Origin: Callorhinchus milii
Taxonomy: Eukaryota
Assembly (NCBI RefSeq): GCF_018977255.1
Contig: NW_024704742.1
Span: 125,738,001 to 125,802,000 of the forward strand
Reading direction: 5' to 3'
DNA length: 64,000 nucleotides
The notes under the pieces were generated by a model. That model was not told the DNA's origin and did not search any database. It saw only the letters and a program-made list of their open reading frames with translations. Numbering within the stretch: position 1 is the stretch's first letter; the number at the start of each line of letters is the position of its first letter. Positions 12,206 through 26,220 of the stretch are shown piece by piece. A program made the translations under genes and the position numbers.

Positions 12206-15200
12206 ATAGAACCGTAATCCAGTAGAAGAAAAAGTAAGTCAAACACCTTCTGAAGAGGGATAGAAAGAAAAAATTCAGAGGAGGAGTGACCGGACTATTT
12301 ATTTGTTATAGGTTTAGGTACAGGAGCCTTGAGGACAAAAACAGTTTTGAGGTCACATATAAACAGGTAAGCAAAGTATTGTAATATAGCGGCTTTGATC
12401 TGGATACATAAGTAGGTCATGATTTAAATCAGATATAACCATGATAATCAGAAAGATAGTGAGTCTCACAATCATTCTCATTTCCTTTACCAGAATCATA
12501 CAAGTTCTGCATTTGTTTGCTCGGGTATTCTCTATTACAACAATAATAACTTAGATTTATATAGCGCTCTTCACACAGGTAGTATCTAGGAGCATTTAAC
12601 ATTGGTGGAGCTTGATGCCGAGCCAGAGAGAGAAGGGAGGTGACCTTAGGCATGGTCAAAGAGGAAGGTTTGCAGATCCGATCTGAACAGTACTCTGTAT
12701 AGTATAATACAATACAATCTGCCTAAGTTATATATTTCTTTACTCTTTATCAAACTACTAATTTCTAAGTTTGGTAAGTATAGATTTTTCAGTCCCACAT
12801 TACTATCATTGCGGGTACTTCTGGATAGTTCCTGTCCAGCCAGAAAAGAAGTGTGAAAAATAAAGAAGGTGGAGGAAGTCAGACAAGATAAAGAGTAGCC
12901 CAGATTTGTTTGTCTGTGTTGGTGACCTGTCGATCAAATCAGAGATATGGGGAAAGGTAATTAATTGAAACTGAATAGATTCTTTTTCGAAAAGCCAGCA
13001 CAACAGGATGGGAATGGTAGTTGGAGGTTTATGGCATGCTTTTATGTTGTGTGTGCATGTCTTGTATGTGTGTGTTCAAACAATTTAATTTGGGATCTTT
13101 TGCTATTTAACATTTTTGGAGCAAATCCTATTGTGCAAACTGAACAGCTTGTTTTTTTTTACTGTTTATGTACACCTTCTATGTCAATGTGTGAGTCTTT
13201 CCAGTTATAATGGTTCCCCTTATCTCTGCTCCGTGCTATTTGGGAGTCGATGTTTAAGGAACCACATAGTGTTATATTTACAGACTCAAAATTCCATCTA
13301 GTTCTCGGCTCTAAGAATATTTTCTCTTAACATTTAATATACTGCAGAATTATGAAGACATGTTAAATTTACTTTAAAACTGAATCTTCGGATAATTATG
13401 GGTAAACCAGGTGTATATGTATACTTAATTCATTTTCCACAAAGAACCTAATAGTCTTAATCAATATCTGCAATTAAAAAAGACTTGCAGCGATATGGCC
13501 TCCTCTTCCTTTTGCCACTTAATTAAACATATTTTTGCCAGTCTATTCCTTAAGTGTGAGTGACATAGAGTCACTGTACTTAACAAAAACCGACAATGCC
13601 CGAAATGCACAATAGGTTGATCACCATCTGGATTTAGCACGGGATCCATTTCAATTATTTCTTTTTGAGGCCTGTTGTTCATCGGTCGCTATACAGTTGC
13701 TTGGAGAATCATGGTTTTCCTATACACAGTGGTTAAAGGGAAAATAGCATGTCCTGGTTTTGCTTACTTTAAGTGAGGCTTGTCATTGCTTGTGATGGGT
13801 AAAATCTTGTGGTTCTTTATTTTTAATTGAAGAGCTTTGATGGACAGCCAAGGTGAGGAACACCACAGAAATTCAAAAGGTAGGAAAGAAAACAAGGAGA
13901 ACAATAATAACTTGTGTATAGCTCTCTTTGTGTAAGATAACATCTCAGAGTACTTTACAGTTACATGGTTGGATGCAGAGCAATAGAGAAGGGAGTGGTG
14001 AAGGTGGAGGTGATGCTGGTGTGGTTAAAGAGGTAGGATTAAGGCAGCATGGACAGAGAGTTAGATGGAAGGGTAAAGGAAAGGAGTTCTGGAGGTTAGG
14101 GCCATGGTTGTTGAAGGTTGGCCATCGATGATGGTGCAGAGACAGGTCAGGGGTGTGTGCAACAAATGAGAGTTAGTTAAGCAAAGGGGAACAGCAGAGG
14201 AGTGGGGTAAGAGAAAATCACAGGCATAGGGAAGTACTAGAATGTGAAGGGATTTATAAATGAATATGAAGTCGATCGACAAATTTTGGGATGTTCTCCT
14301 GACACAAAAGAACTTATTATAAATGTAAATTGAATTGTAAGTGAAGGAATTACAGTTTGGTGATGCCAAGCTCAAGATATTAAAATTACACATTGTAGAA
14401 GAAAGGAAAGATGGATGCATGTAAGGGCTTCAATAGTTATTAAAGTCATGAAAAGAATACATTGGAGATGGTGGAATGAGTTTGGATAACGACATAAGGA
14501 TACGGGAAAGAGGATAACTATATTGTTTGTTTGGCACTTGATAGGAACAAAAAAGAGGAATGTTCAGAATGTTGAGTTTTCATAGGTTCATTGATTAAAC
14601 TCAGAAAGATAGTGTAAAAATGTGTTCCATTCCTGTCTTCAACTTATTAAGTGCAAGGAAATTGTATTTCATTTTCACCTTCTAAATATTTGCGGGCCAA
14701 ATTACAATGATAAAGTTTTGATAATGGCAGATCTGGCTCAACTGACTCCTCATCCCCCAGTGGAGCGATTTCAAAATCCTTATTCTGAAGTTCAAATCAC
14801 TCCTCAGTCTTGCCCTACCCTTCCTTTGCAGCTTCCTTCAGCCACACTGATTAGACTATTCCCTTTGCTCACAGACCACTGGTCTGCTTCATGTGCCCCA
14901 CCATATCCGCCCCACCATTGGCGGGCGAGCTTTCAGCCACTCTGGCCTTCCATCTCAGAGTCCCTCCAACTCGCTCCTTGGCCCATCTCAAAATGTACCT
15001 CTTTGACTGCATTTTTCCCCACCCTCCTCTCCTCCCACCCCCAACTCTGTAGATCTAACGAAATTGTCAAGTGCTTTGAGATATCCTTCTGATATGAAAG
15101 GAGCTAAATAGGTGTAAATTGTATCGTATCTTCTGATTAATATTCTCCTGTATAGTTCTAGCTCTGAGAAATTTGAGTAATCATTCGCAAAGGTCATACA

Positions 15201-16195
15201 GCAGGGTTTTATCATTTAATTTCCTCTGCCAATGGATCCAAATGCAAACTCATTTTCATCTTAATAATATTTGACGTTTTATGCTATTGGTTTTTGCCTT
15301 TCAAGGCTGCTGACCACATCATCTCTCATCTCAAAGTGCTTAGTGCTGCAAAAGTCTTTTTACTGCTGTCCAGAGGCCCCTCAGCCCCACAAAGCATCCA
15401 AGGCATGCGGCAGCAACACAGCATCCTGATTGAGCTAACCCAGAACCTTATTTTTAGCCGCAAAAATACACGGTTTTCTGTTATTTGAGAGCCTGAAAAT
15501 CTTCAGGCTCAACCATTATGCCAAAGCTCGAGGATGTTCCTATTTTCCGCTCACTATCAGTAAGCACAATTCAAAAGATGCCAGACAAGTTATATTGAAA
15601 AAAAGGCTTCAGACTAACCCATTGCGTCAAAATCAGGGCTACAAGGAGGAGGATGATGTTCACTTCCAATTATCGACTAAAATTCTACTGTTTCTGACCA
15701 GATTTGCTCATACGATAAATATGTTGCAATTTTTCACCTCTTCTCTAATCTTTAACTTACATGAGTTAAAATGGTCTTACTCTTGTTCAAGAAACAACTT
15801 CTGGTCTTAGATATTGTCCATTTAGTTATGGATTCAATAATAACATTTTCAAATTGTAAAATAAATATAATCCTTACATTTGATATATTGCCTTATCATG
15901 TCATTCACAGGATTTACAGTGAAGTTCATTGACTGCATTTGAGGGCGAACATGGCAGCCAATTTGCCTTCTTGATGGCCACATGTTGGCCACCACTGGAC
16001 TGGAGTGTCAGCCACAACCTTCTGATTCTGAGGCAAGAGTGCTACCCACTGAGCTAGACTGAAACATAAGTTGATGAAATATTTTAAGAACCAAACGTTT
16101 CAAAATGCAGAAAAAACATCACATCACAAAAAAATGTTTTAAGTAACTTTGGAAATGTTAGCTGTCGTTTCAAGGAGACTTCAGAAAAAAACACA

Positions 16196-16404
16196 GGGAG
16201 CGGTTTAAGCTCCTGCTGGTGGATCATTACCTCCCAGTTTAAGTGAGGCTCGTCATTGCTTGTAATGGGTAAAATTTCCATTATTAGTGGCCATTCACCA
16301 GACCCGAGCATCGAACCAAGCGAAAACCAGAAGTGATCTGAGCTGAATTATGAGCCTCAGTTAAAATGGGAGGTAATGAACCACCAGGTGCTTAAACAGC
16401 TCCC
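16196..16404. mobile_element. MITE with ~55-bp terminal inverted repeats
   Basis: Left end GGGAGCGGTTTAAGCTCCTGCTGGTGGATCATTACCTCCCAGTTTAAGTGAGGCTC; reverse complement of the right end GGGAGCTGTTTAAGCACCTGGTGGTTCATTACCTCCCATTTTAACTGAGGCTC. Confidence 0.7.
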
Positions 16405-17782
16405 AATGATTTCTCTTAACTCAATTAGAATAATCAATCAACCAGAGTTTTGTCCAAATACCACAACAAATGGATTTGTTCAGATGCCAAATAATCCTTA
16501 CATTTTGGCACAGCACCTTTCATATTAAGAAGATAAGCGTGCCTGGGACCCTACCCCGTGTGAAGGGCGCTATATAAATGCAAGTTGTTGTTGTCTCAAA
16601 GCACTTCACAGATTTTAGTGTTCAGTGTAGTGACGTGAAATTTGTAGACGGAGAAGCAGCCAATTTGCACACAATAATGTCCCACTAACAACCATGAAGG
16701 AATGATCGATTTTATCTGGGAGATAACATATTTATCGCATGTGCACTCTTCCAATAGTTGCTTGAGATCTTTAATGTCCACCTGAATAGACAAGTGGCAT
16801 CTTGGTTTAATGTCTCATCCAAAGGACCTCAGGCAATGCATTCCATTCCATTCCATTCCATTGGAGTGTCAACCCAGAACTTATAGTTCTAAGGCCCAAT
16901 GTGGGCCTTCCAGCCAAGAAAGCAAAAATAATGTCAGAACATTTTGAGAGGTTAAAAAAGGAGAAGGAATAATAATGAGTGAAAGGGAATTAAGAAAGTA
17001 TGTGGTGGATGTTGATAGGATGTTTCCATTTGTTGGTAAGGTAATAGTAGATCTAGTGGGGAGTTTAGGAGGAACCTCTTCATGCAAAAAGATGGTGTGA
17101 ATGTGGAACTCACTGCTGAAAGCAGTGGTTCAAGTATAAAACACCAATGTATTTAAGAGAACTTTCTGCAGGCATGAGCGAAAAGGAAATAGAGGTGTAC
17201 GGGAGAGGAGATTAGGAAGATTGGAGTTTGTGTGGAGTATACATACTGGCATGGACTAGTTGTGCCAAACGACCAGTTTCCATGTTGCATCATTCTATTT
17301 AAAATGGATGAGGGGGGACATATTAGAGGATATGAATTGTATGAAGTGAAAATAATATAAGAGAGCTGGAAGAGGAGGATGTAGAGAACATAAAGGACAT
17401 TTCGTAGATTCAAGTTTTTAGAAACTAAATACATGTGCCTATTCTTCAGATGGATGTAAAGATCATGTGAAGCTGTTTTGATGTAATAGTGCTGTAAATC
17501 CACTTGTTTCTTTTAACTCATTGGACAGAGAAAAATAGAGTGGAGACCTGCTTTAACAATGAGTGTTGCAATATACTGCACGTATTCTATCCTGTTGGAT
17601 CTAAAAATCCATGGGGAAAAATTCCACCAGGGTCTAGATTTACTCTATTCTCAACATGTTAGAGTGTCCAAGCTTTGGCAAATTTCTTAAATGCAGCCTT
17701 AATCATTGGAATTAGTTTTCTGTAAGTTTTTTNGAGAAGTAAGGTAAACCAGCCTCAGTGTTAAGAATGAACTTAATAATTT

Positions 17783-18222
17783 GCAGCCTGGCTCAGTTGG
17801 CAACTCTCTCATATCTGAGTCAGAAGATTCTAGGTTCAAGCACCACTTTGGGAATTCAAGTTTATAATCTAGGTGTAGGCTAAGACTCCAGTGCAGAGCT
17901 TGGAGTGTACTGCATTGTGAGAGGTGCTGTCCTTCAGATAAGATGTTAAAGCAAAGTCTCAACAACCTTGTTAAAGATTCAATGGCATTATTCAAAAAGA
18001 GAAGGAAGGTTCTCCTGGTGTCCTGGCCAACAAAATCCCCAAATAAAATTGGTCACTAATTTTGTGGCTGTTCGTGAGATATTAAGTGTGTAAACTGGCT
18101 GCTTTGTACGTCTAGAAAATATACAGTTATTACACTTTACAGTAAAATCCTATGAAGTGGTTTCAGACTTTCTGTAATGACATGATCAGATGCTTTATTA
18201 AATGCGAAGATTAGTATTATTA
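17783..18222 (+). mobile_element. Old SacSINE1/DeuSINE-like SINE, near full length
   Basis: Head GGCTCAGTTGGCAACTCTC...CTGAGTCAGAAG...GGTTCAAG, body CTCCAGTGCAG...GATGTTAAA and an ATT tail. Confidence 0.75.
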
Positions 18223-19379
18223 TAAATTCTGGACTGTGAAATGTAAAATAGAGTAAACCTAGCCCTAGGTACAATGTCCCCCTACTAACTCTTTGTTTAA
18301 GGTGCTAAAATACACACATGTCATGTGCCTCTGTACATACCTTTTGTGCTCAGTTTAGATGGAATTTGCAGTCGTTTCTCCATCCACAAACCTTTTGAAA
18401 AATGTAGAATTGACAAGGGTAAATGAATCATGGATATGACCAAGGAAATTGGCAAGAAATGCAAAAATCGTAGTCCTGACATTATAATTCAGCCATTGTG
18501 ACAATCCAAATCTTCTTTTAACTTCTCACACGGGTCATAAAGCATTTGCTTATTAAATGTTAATCTCTGAAAACAATGCAGATGAGACTAATCTAAAAAA
18601 ANGGATTGCGGCATCTATAAATCCTCTGTGATATTTCAAGGGTATTACTCGCACTGATACGATCCACCAGTGTGAAACTTGCAAAACACGCAGTTTGAGA
18701 TCAGGAGCTGTTCATAATGTGTGTGGACATAATTTACATCATGCCACATCATTCTGAACAATAGCATAGGAAAATGAAATATTTTTCAAAAATAATAGGG
18801 CAGCTTGTAAATTAGTTTCATTCCTATACGTGCAAAACATTCAGAGTGTGGAGTGACCAAATAAAACATTTGCATGACATAATGCAGATGAAAGTGTATA
18901 CTGTAGCAGCATTCTTGAAAATTGACTATAATCTCACAATGTTTCCTAATTCATTTAAGGAATGAAACATAAAACAGATTGCACTGTAATCTGTTACTAG
19001 GCTGACCAAAGAAAATGTACACTTGAGACCAATATAAACTTAATAGGTAATTCCTATGGTGTTCCAATTTTCACAATTCATCCAGACAATGGAACACAGG
19101 GTGGTTTGCACTGCAATCTGTTACCAACATTGGCAAAGAGCAAGTGCACTTGACAGTATAAAAAANTCTTCATCCTATTGCAGTGACTCACAGCAACAAT
19201 CCTTGTCTTCGGAGGTGATTGTATTTGGCATAAATTGATGAGAAGCTTCAGTGGCGGATACAGTGACAATGCAGAAGACGAGGTTGGTGTCTCATATTCA
19301 ATCCAGAATATTTATTGGAAGGACTCTGAAGTATAACTACGCTATCTTTATGTTCCCTACAAGGACACTCAATATATTA

Positions 19380-19870
19380 TTATCGAGGTAGGGGTTCTAG
19401 ATGGGCTCAATAGGTTGAACAACAATAAATCACCCAGGATAAAGGAATTATAACCCAGAGTACTTTGAGAGTCAGAGAGGAACTATGGAGAAATGTGGCT
19501 GTTTTGAAGGAATTGATGAATACTGGGAACATTTGACAGACACAATGAGCACAATTTCATTTATGAATTTGAAGATTTGTAGGACATTGGAAACCACAGT
19601 GTATAACCACAGATCCATATCTCTACAATCAGTAAATATAATGCCATAAAACTGGAATAAAATAAGTTAATAAACATCAGTCAGGACAGCTTAAAGAGGG
19701 TTATACCTTGCACCCAAAACCTTTTTTGAGGAGTTTACTTCCCAAATTGACAGTTTGCAGCCATGTGATGCAATGCGAATAGAATCCTACAAGGCCTGTA
19801 ATAAAATATCTCGTTGGAGACTCCTGTTCAGTATAATGGCCACGGGTGTCAAGTCTAAGACTTCAACATA
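19380..19870 (+). mobile_element. Highly degraded CR1 ORF2 fragment
   Basis: AATAAATCACCCAGG...CCCAGAGTACT...GAGAGTCAGAGAGGAA resembles the CR1 KSPGPDGxHPRVLRE region at 36355-36410. Confidence 0.5.
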
Positions 19871-19878
19871 GACTAATA

Positions 19879-20250
19879 TAATAATAATAATCCTTGCATT
19901 TGATATTGTGCCTGATAACGTCTTCGAGGCATCTCAAAGCACTTCACAGAATATACTGTATAGTGAATTGACTATATTTTGTGAGCAAAATGTGGTAACG
20001 AATTGCATAAAGCAGTGTCCCACATACAATCACGGATTGAGTGACCAATTTTTTAAAAAAAATTTAAGTAATTTAAGTAATTTAATTTAAGCGATCTGCC
20101 AATCAACCAACAACCGGGTTCCTACTTACTGCTAGGTAACCAGAGGCATGTGGTGTAAGAAAACTTGCCCAACGTTTCGCCCTGCTGGGAATTGAACCCA
20201 GGTCCTCTCTCTTGCGAGGCGAGTGCTCTAACCACTAAGCTACAGGACCC
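19879..20250 (-). mobile_element. Young tRNA-derived SINE (long-middle subfamily)
   Basis: tRNA-like head at about 20180-20250, a middle block containing CAGTAAGTAGGAACCCGGTTG, and a tail at 19879. Confidence 0.9.
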
Positions 20251-21174
20251 TGTGTGACTAAAGGGACTGAGCTAAGGATAGTTGTAAAGCAACTTAGATC
20301 AAACTGCAAAAGTATTGAGCAGGTTACTGCAGGGATTCATTCTTGGAACCTTGTTGCTCCTAGGAACATAAATGCATTAACTTACTCATGAGAAGGTAGT
20401 TACATTGGAAGGAAACGCCAAGATTGGCAGCAATGTGGAATCAGAGAAGGTAACCAAGATCTTATAACATTTGAGAGGATGAGAGTTATAGTTATGTAGG
20501 ATTCTTTATTGTGATTTAATCATTTTCTTTTAGTTTGTGACAGCCAAATCTCAAGCAGTGGCATCTTTTCATTCCTGGATCTTCCTATGTTCCAAAGAAA
20601 CCCTGGGATATTTGAGGTCCCAATGTCTCTTAAGGCAACAATATGCACTTTTCACATTGGAGAATCTTTGCAAAGATTTACAAAGAATGTACAGCACAGA
20701 AACGGGGCCAATCAGTTAACACCAGTATTTAAACACCATAAGGGTCTTCACCAATTCCTTACTCTCTCCTAACCTTTCTATTCCCCTCTCCCTCGTATAA
20801 AGGTGAAGTGCTTAGTGCAAAAGGGTACAATTCAAGGAAAAGGACAAAGGGTAATCAACAGATGGAATGGGTTACCAGAAATTTGGTGGAGGTCAGGACA
20901 TTAGACTTAATGAAAAAAATCGAAAAGCTCGATGCTGTAATGGGAAGATAGTTGAGTGGGGTTCTGGAAATATGAAATGGACTAAAATGGATTCCTGATC
21001 AAAAGCTTTCCTATGATCTTCTGAGAGTGCTCAAGTGCAAAAAAGGTTGATAGTATAAGATACCATGCATTTCATCAAGCTATATCATTCCTTTTGAAAT
21101 GTACATTGTTATTCAAAATGATATATATTTCTACAAGATAGTTGAATCTTCAATAACTTCCTTACATTAGTAAC

Positions 21175-21540
21175 AAAGAAGGTTGATGGGTAACCTGATA
21201 GAGGTTGTTAAAATTATGAGGGGTTTTGATAGTGAATAGGGTGAAATCATTACCACTGGTTGGTGAGTCAGTGACAAGAAGACATCAATTTAAGATAGCT
21301 AGCAAATGGGGAGTTTCGAGAAATGTTTTCACACATAGAATGGTTAGGATATTAAATGCTTCCCAAGGAGCAATGTCCAGAATCCATATTAGCTTTCCAA
21401 ATGGAACTAGACAAATATGTCAAAAGGAGTAAACTATAGGAATATGGGGAAAGGTCAGGTAAATGGAACTGAAAGGATTGCTCTTTAAAAGAGCCAGCAC
21501 AAACATGATGGGCTGAATGGCCATCTTCTACGCTATTTAG
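21175..21540 (+). mobile_element. CR1 3' fragment
   Basis: ORF 21226-21432 (PLVGESVTRRHQFKI) and the 3' UTR motif ATGGGCTGAATGGCC. Confidence 0.75.
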
Positions 21541-22030
21541 AAATTTACGTTGTTCCAGCCTTTTCAAACATAAAAAAAACACTCAATCCACAACGTTTTG
21601 TGGGACACTGCTGTGCACAATTGGCTGCCTCATTTTTCCCACAAAATCTACAATCAAATCATTTTACAATATAATCTGTGAAGCGTTTTAACACACTTTG
21701 AATACCTGATAAGGCGCTTACCAAATACAAGGTTTATTGTTATTATACATTTATATCATCCTATACATTTTGCACCATTTTCTCTTGTATCAAAATCAGC
21801 CACTGTTTAAATGTTCTTAATGATTGGAGCATTGATATAATTTTGCTACTTACATGAACCAGCATAAGTGTTTTTAGACTGCTGTGACTTCTGTCTGCCA
21901 TCTAAGCATGATACATCTAATAATTCCTTCAAATAATGATAATAATAATTTGGTCACTCAATCCTCGACTGTTTTTGGGACACTGCTATGCGCAATTGGC
22001 TGCCGCATTTTGCCTACAAAATGCAGTTAA

Positions 22031-22336
22031 TTGCATTTGCATTTTGCATTTTTTTTTGATATAGCGCTTTTCACGTCTTCTAGACATCTCAAAGTGCTTC
22101 ACAGAATATGCTGTAAAGTGAATTGACTGTATATCTATGGGCGAAACACAGCAGCCAATTACGCACAGCAGTGTCCCACAAACGATTGGGAATTGAAAAT
22201 GACCAATTTTTTTTGGAGGGATTATAATTAGGCGTGTGGAGTAAGAAAACTTGCCCAAGCTTTCACCCTGCCTGGAATTGAACCCAGGTGTCTCGCTTGC
22301 AAGGTGAGTGCTCTAACCACTGAGCTACAGGACTCC
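22031..22336 (-). mobile_element. Young SINE nested in an opposite-strand SINE (21940-22431)
   Basis: Full head-to-tail copy. The host SINE breaks at GCAGTTAATT and resumes at TTAATTCACTTTACAG. Confidence 0.85.
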
Positions 22337-22893
22337 ACACTTTAATTCACTTTACAGTGTATTCTGTGAAGCGCTTTGAGATGTCTTGAAGACATGATAA
22401 AGAGTTATATCAAATAAAAGGATTATTATTATGATACAATCTGTTAGTAGTCTTTTTCAAAACCCATTCCTCTATTAGTATGTTATTGTTATGTGATGTC
22501 TTATTTGAAGATTAATATTTTGCTGTGAATATTAAACAGGCAATATAGGAATGAGTTTCTCAAGAGCCTACCAAGAATGATATCATTGGTGATAGTGAAA
22601 TACTGTCAGCTGTATGAAAGATGGATGCTCCTAGCATCTAGCCTGTTCCATATATTTGCTTGAAAAAAGGGCAAAATATTTCTAGGTGAAATATTTGTTT
22701 TGTCAAGATGAGGAATGTTATTTTCGCTGCTCATATTGTTCTGGCTTACTTTGCAGTAATAGCATTATCTTATCACATTGTTTGCTATTTATAATTTTTT
22801 CTCAAACTGAACAGATTTCTTTCTAGCTTGCAAAGCTTACCTTTTGTGTGCTTTCATTGCTGCTCATTTCCTTTGCTAGAATCATAGATTCAT

Positions 22894-25770
22894 ACAACAA
22901 CAACAACAACAGCAACAACAAAATTAAATTTATAGAGCGCCTTTCAGTTTGGGAGGATGTCCAAAGCGCTGAACAGTCAGGTGTCAGGGTCCAAGCATGG
23001 AGGAGGGGTGGTGTAGGGGTGAGGGAAGGTAGAGAGGTGGGAGGGTGACCAAAGGCACGATTGAAGAGAAGGGTCTTGAGACTGGCCTTGAAGGATGAAA
23101 GGGAGGAAGCAAGGTGAAGGGACAGTAGGATGGAGTTCCAAAGTGTGGGGGCAGAGAGGCTGAAAGGAGCAGACCGGAGCCCGCTGAACAGAGGGAGCGG
23201 GCAGGTTAGTAGGGAGTCAGCAGATCAGAGAGGTAGGAGGGGCAAGGCCATGAATGGCCTTGAAAGTGAGGATGAGGGTCTTGAACTTGATCCTCTGGGG
23301 GATGGGGAGCAAGTGGAGTTGGGCGAGGGTGGGAGTGATGGGGTCGCAGATCCTGGTGTGCAAGAATACATGAGCTGCCAAGTTTTGGATGATCCGCAGC
23401 TTGTGAAGGGAAGAGTTTGGAAGGCCGATGAGGAGGGAATTTCCATAATCGAGCCTTGATGTGACGAATGCGTGGGTAAGGGTTTCGGCAGCCTGAGTGA
23501 TGAGGCAGTTCTGGTCATGGCGCAGATGTAGGGGAGAAAGGACAGTTCAGGGTCAAACAAGACACCCAGGTTCCTGACTGGCTTAGTGAGTTTGAGTGTG
23601 CAGCCATGGAGACTGCTGCCAGCGCCCGAAGTGTGGAGATGCTGGCGCAAGCCAATCAGGAGGGCCTCGGTCTTGCTAATGTTGAGTTGGAGAAAGTCAT
23701 CCCTCATCCAGGACTTGATGTCGGATAGGCAGTCGGTCAGGACGCCAGTAGTCCTGGAGTTGAGGGTGGAGGCAGAGAGATAGAGTTGGGTGTCATCCGC
23801 ATACATGTGGAAATTTACCCCATGTCTGTGGTTGATGTCACCAAGGGGGAGCATGTATAGGGTGAAGAAGAGGGGACCAAAAACAGAGCCCTGAGGAACA
23901 CCGCAGGAGATGGTGCGGGGGCTGGAGGAGAAGCTGTCAAGGACAGAACCTTGAAGGTTGAGGTGGGAGGAGAGGCGGTGGAGGAGGATTGAGTGATCCA
24001 TGCTGTCAAAGGCAGTGGAGATGTCAAGGAGGACGAGGAGGCAGAGGAAGCCCTGGTCCCACATGGTCAAGATGTCATTTGCTGTGGAAACCCGATTGGA
24101 GAGGTTCATGCAGGGAGTGGGAGGAGAGGAAAGAGCGAAGTTGGGAGGCAGTGGCTCTCTCAAGGACCTTGGATAGGAAAGGGAGTTTTGAGATGGGCCA
24201 GTAGCTAGATAGCTGTGATGGGTCAAGGGAAGGTTTTTTCAAGATGGGGGTAATAGTGGCTGTTTTGAGGGGGAAGGAACAGTGCCAGATGACAGGGAGA
24301 GATTGATGATGTCGGTGAGCAGTGGGGCAAGGAGGTGGAGCTGGGATTTAAGGAGAGGGGTGGGGATGGGGTCCAGGGAGCTGGTGGTGAGCTTCATGGA
24401 GGATATGGTGGTGAAGACAGAGGAGGAGTTGACAGGTTCAAAGGTGTGGAAGGAGGGATGGGTAATTGTCAGAGTGCGGGGTGCGAGTAGGAGGGGATGT
24501 AACTTGAGGTGGCAATGGCAGCTGAGCGGATTCCCTCAATTTTGGACTTGAGGAAGTCCAGCATTTTCTTGCAGTGAGAGTCAGAGGAAAGAATCTGCGA
24601 GGTGTGGTGGGGAGGACGTAGGGGCTGGCTGGTGGTGGAGAACAGGAGCCTGGGGTTGGCTTTCGCCTCCAGGATTAATCTAGAATAGAAGAACGATTTG
24701 GCTGAGGCGAGAGCGGTAAGTTTTGATGAGGTCCAGCCTAATGTGGCGGTGGACCGTTAGGCCGGATTTGAGCCAAGTGTGTTTGGCAGCCCACACCTGG
24801 ATCTTAAGCGAGCAGAGGGGACTGATGAACCAGGGTGAGGATCAGGAATAGGAAACAGTTCAGGAGGTGAGGGGGACAAGCGCGTAGAGCCGGGTCAAGC
24901 GGGTGACTGTGGGTGTGGGTATCAGAGTAGATGTGGAGGGAGAGGTTGAGAGAGGAGAGGAGAAGTCTGAGGAGGTGGAACAGGAGGGGGTGAAGTGGAG
25001 GTTGCAGTTGCCAAGGATGATGAGGCGGTCATCGTAGAGGCAGAGGGAGGCTAGGAGGTTGGAGATGTCAGAGATGAAGGTGGGAGAGGATTCTGGGGGG
25101 CGGTAAACTAGGAGGATTTTTAGAGAGAGGTGGGAAGGATGGCAGAGGGTAAGGTGTTCGAAAGAGGGGAATGAGCCAGTGGAGTAGGGGGATAGGGCAA
25201 GTGATGCCCTGATATGAGGGAAACCCCGCCACCACGGCGGTTGGGGCATGGGGCATGGTGGTAGGTGTAGCCGGGTGGCCTCAGTGAGGGAGAAGGTGTA
25301 ACCTGGGCTGATCCAGGTTTCCATGAGGGCCATGATGTCAATGTTCTCATTGAGGATGAGTTCATTGATGGCCAGGGTCTTGTTGGAGATGGAGCGGATG
25401 TTTTGAAGGCCAATGCAGAGTGGACAGTTGGCAGGGGATGTGTGGGATGGGAGGGGTAGGAGTGGATTGGTTGGCAGGGAGAGTCGGGATGCAGTTGAGG
25501 GAGGAAAGGTTAGCCCCCGGGTCAGGGTCCGGGGTGGCTTGTGGTGGTAGTGGGGAGTGGGGCAATCGGTGTAGCTGCTGCTGGACAGCTAATGCTGAGT
25601 AACACGATGAGCCCAGTGGAAGATTCCCAGGCTGGAGCAGAGGGAGGCAGTGGGCATGTCAAGCAGAGATAGGAGGCAGAGAGGGCGGAGAGAGAGCAGG
25701 ACAAAGGGGAGAGTTGCAGGGAGGTGAGGGAATTTGAGGGAGGGCCAGCTCGGGTCAGGGCACGGCAGCC
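22894..25770 (-). mobile_element. L2 LINE spanning nearly all of ORF2, decayed
   Basis: Endonuclease N-terminus (ALMETW, ORF 24860-25333; LVYRPP), RT ORF 23225-24226 ([26 protein letters not shown]) and a (CAA)n tail. Probably continues at 26036-26220 beyond a CR1 insertion. Confidence 0.92.
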
Positions 25771-25920
25771 AAGATTGATAGATTTCTTATTGCAAAAGGG
25801 ATTAAGGGATATGGGGATAAGGCAGGGTCAGGTTATTAGCTGGAGTTAGATTAGAAGATCAGCCATGATTGAATGGCAGGCCAGGCTCGAAAGGCAGAAT
25901 GGCCTACTCCTGCTCCTACA
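25771..25920 (+). mobile_element. CR1 3' end fragment
   Basis: 3' UTR motifs GATCAGCCATGAT and GAATGGCCTACTCCTGCTCCTA run directly into a microsatellite tail. Confidence 0.8.
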
Positions 25921-26033
25921 TGTTATGTTATGTTATGTTATCTTATGTTATGTTATCTTATTTTATCTTATCTTATCTTATCTTATCTTATCTTATGTTA
26001 TGTTATGTTATGTTATGTTATGTTATGTTATGT
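25921..26033 (+). repeat. Compound (TTATG)n/(TTATC)n microsatellite
   Basis: Direct inspection. It expands from the adjacent CR1 tail. Confidence 0.95.
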
Positions 26034-26220
26034 TAAGATGCACACGCTGAGACGAGAGGCGGCAGATTAGTGGGACATTGTCAGCCTGCAGAAGGCTGGT
26101 GGGGGCTACAGGTGGCACAGACGGGGGAGGGGGCTCAATGTAGTTAGCAATGAGCAGCCTGCAGGGGAAGGACAGGGGAGACAGACAGACCGAGGATGGG
26201 AGGGAGGGGAGACAGACAGA

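Noticed and set aside
25865..26070. Hydrophobic repetitive ORFs (CYVML/LILSY)
   Set aside because: Translations of the pentamer microsatellite.
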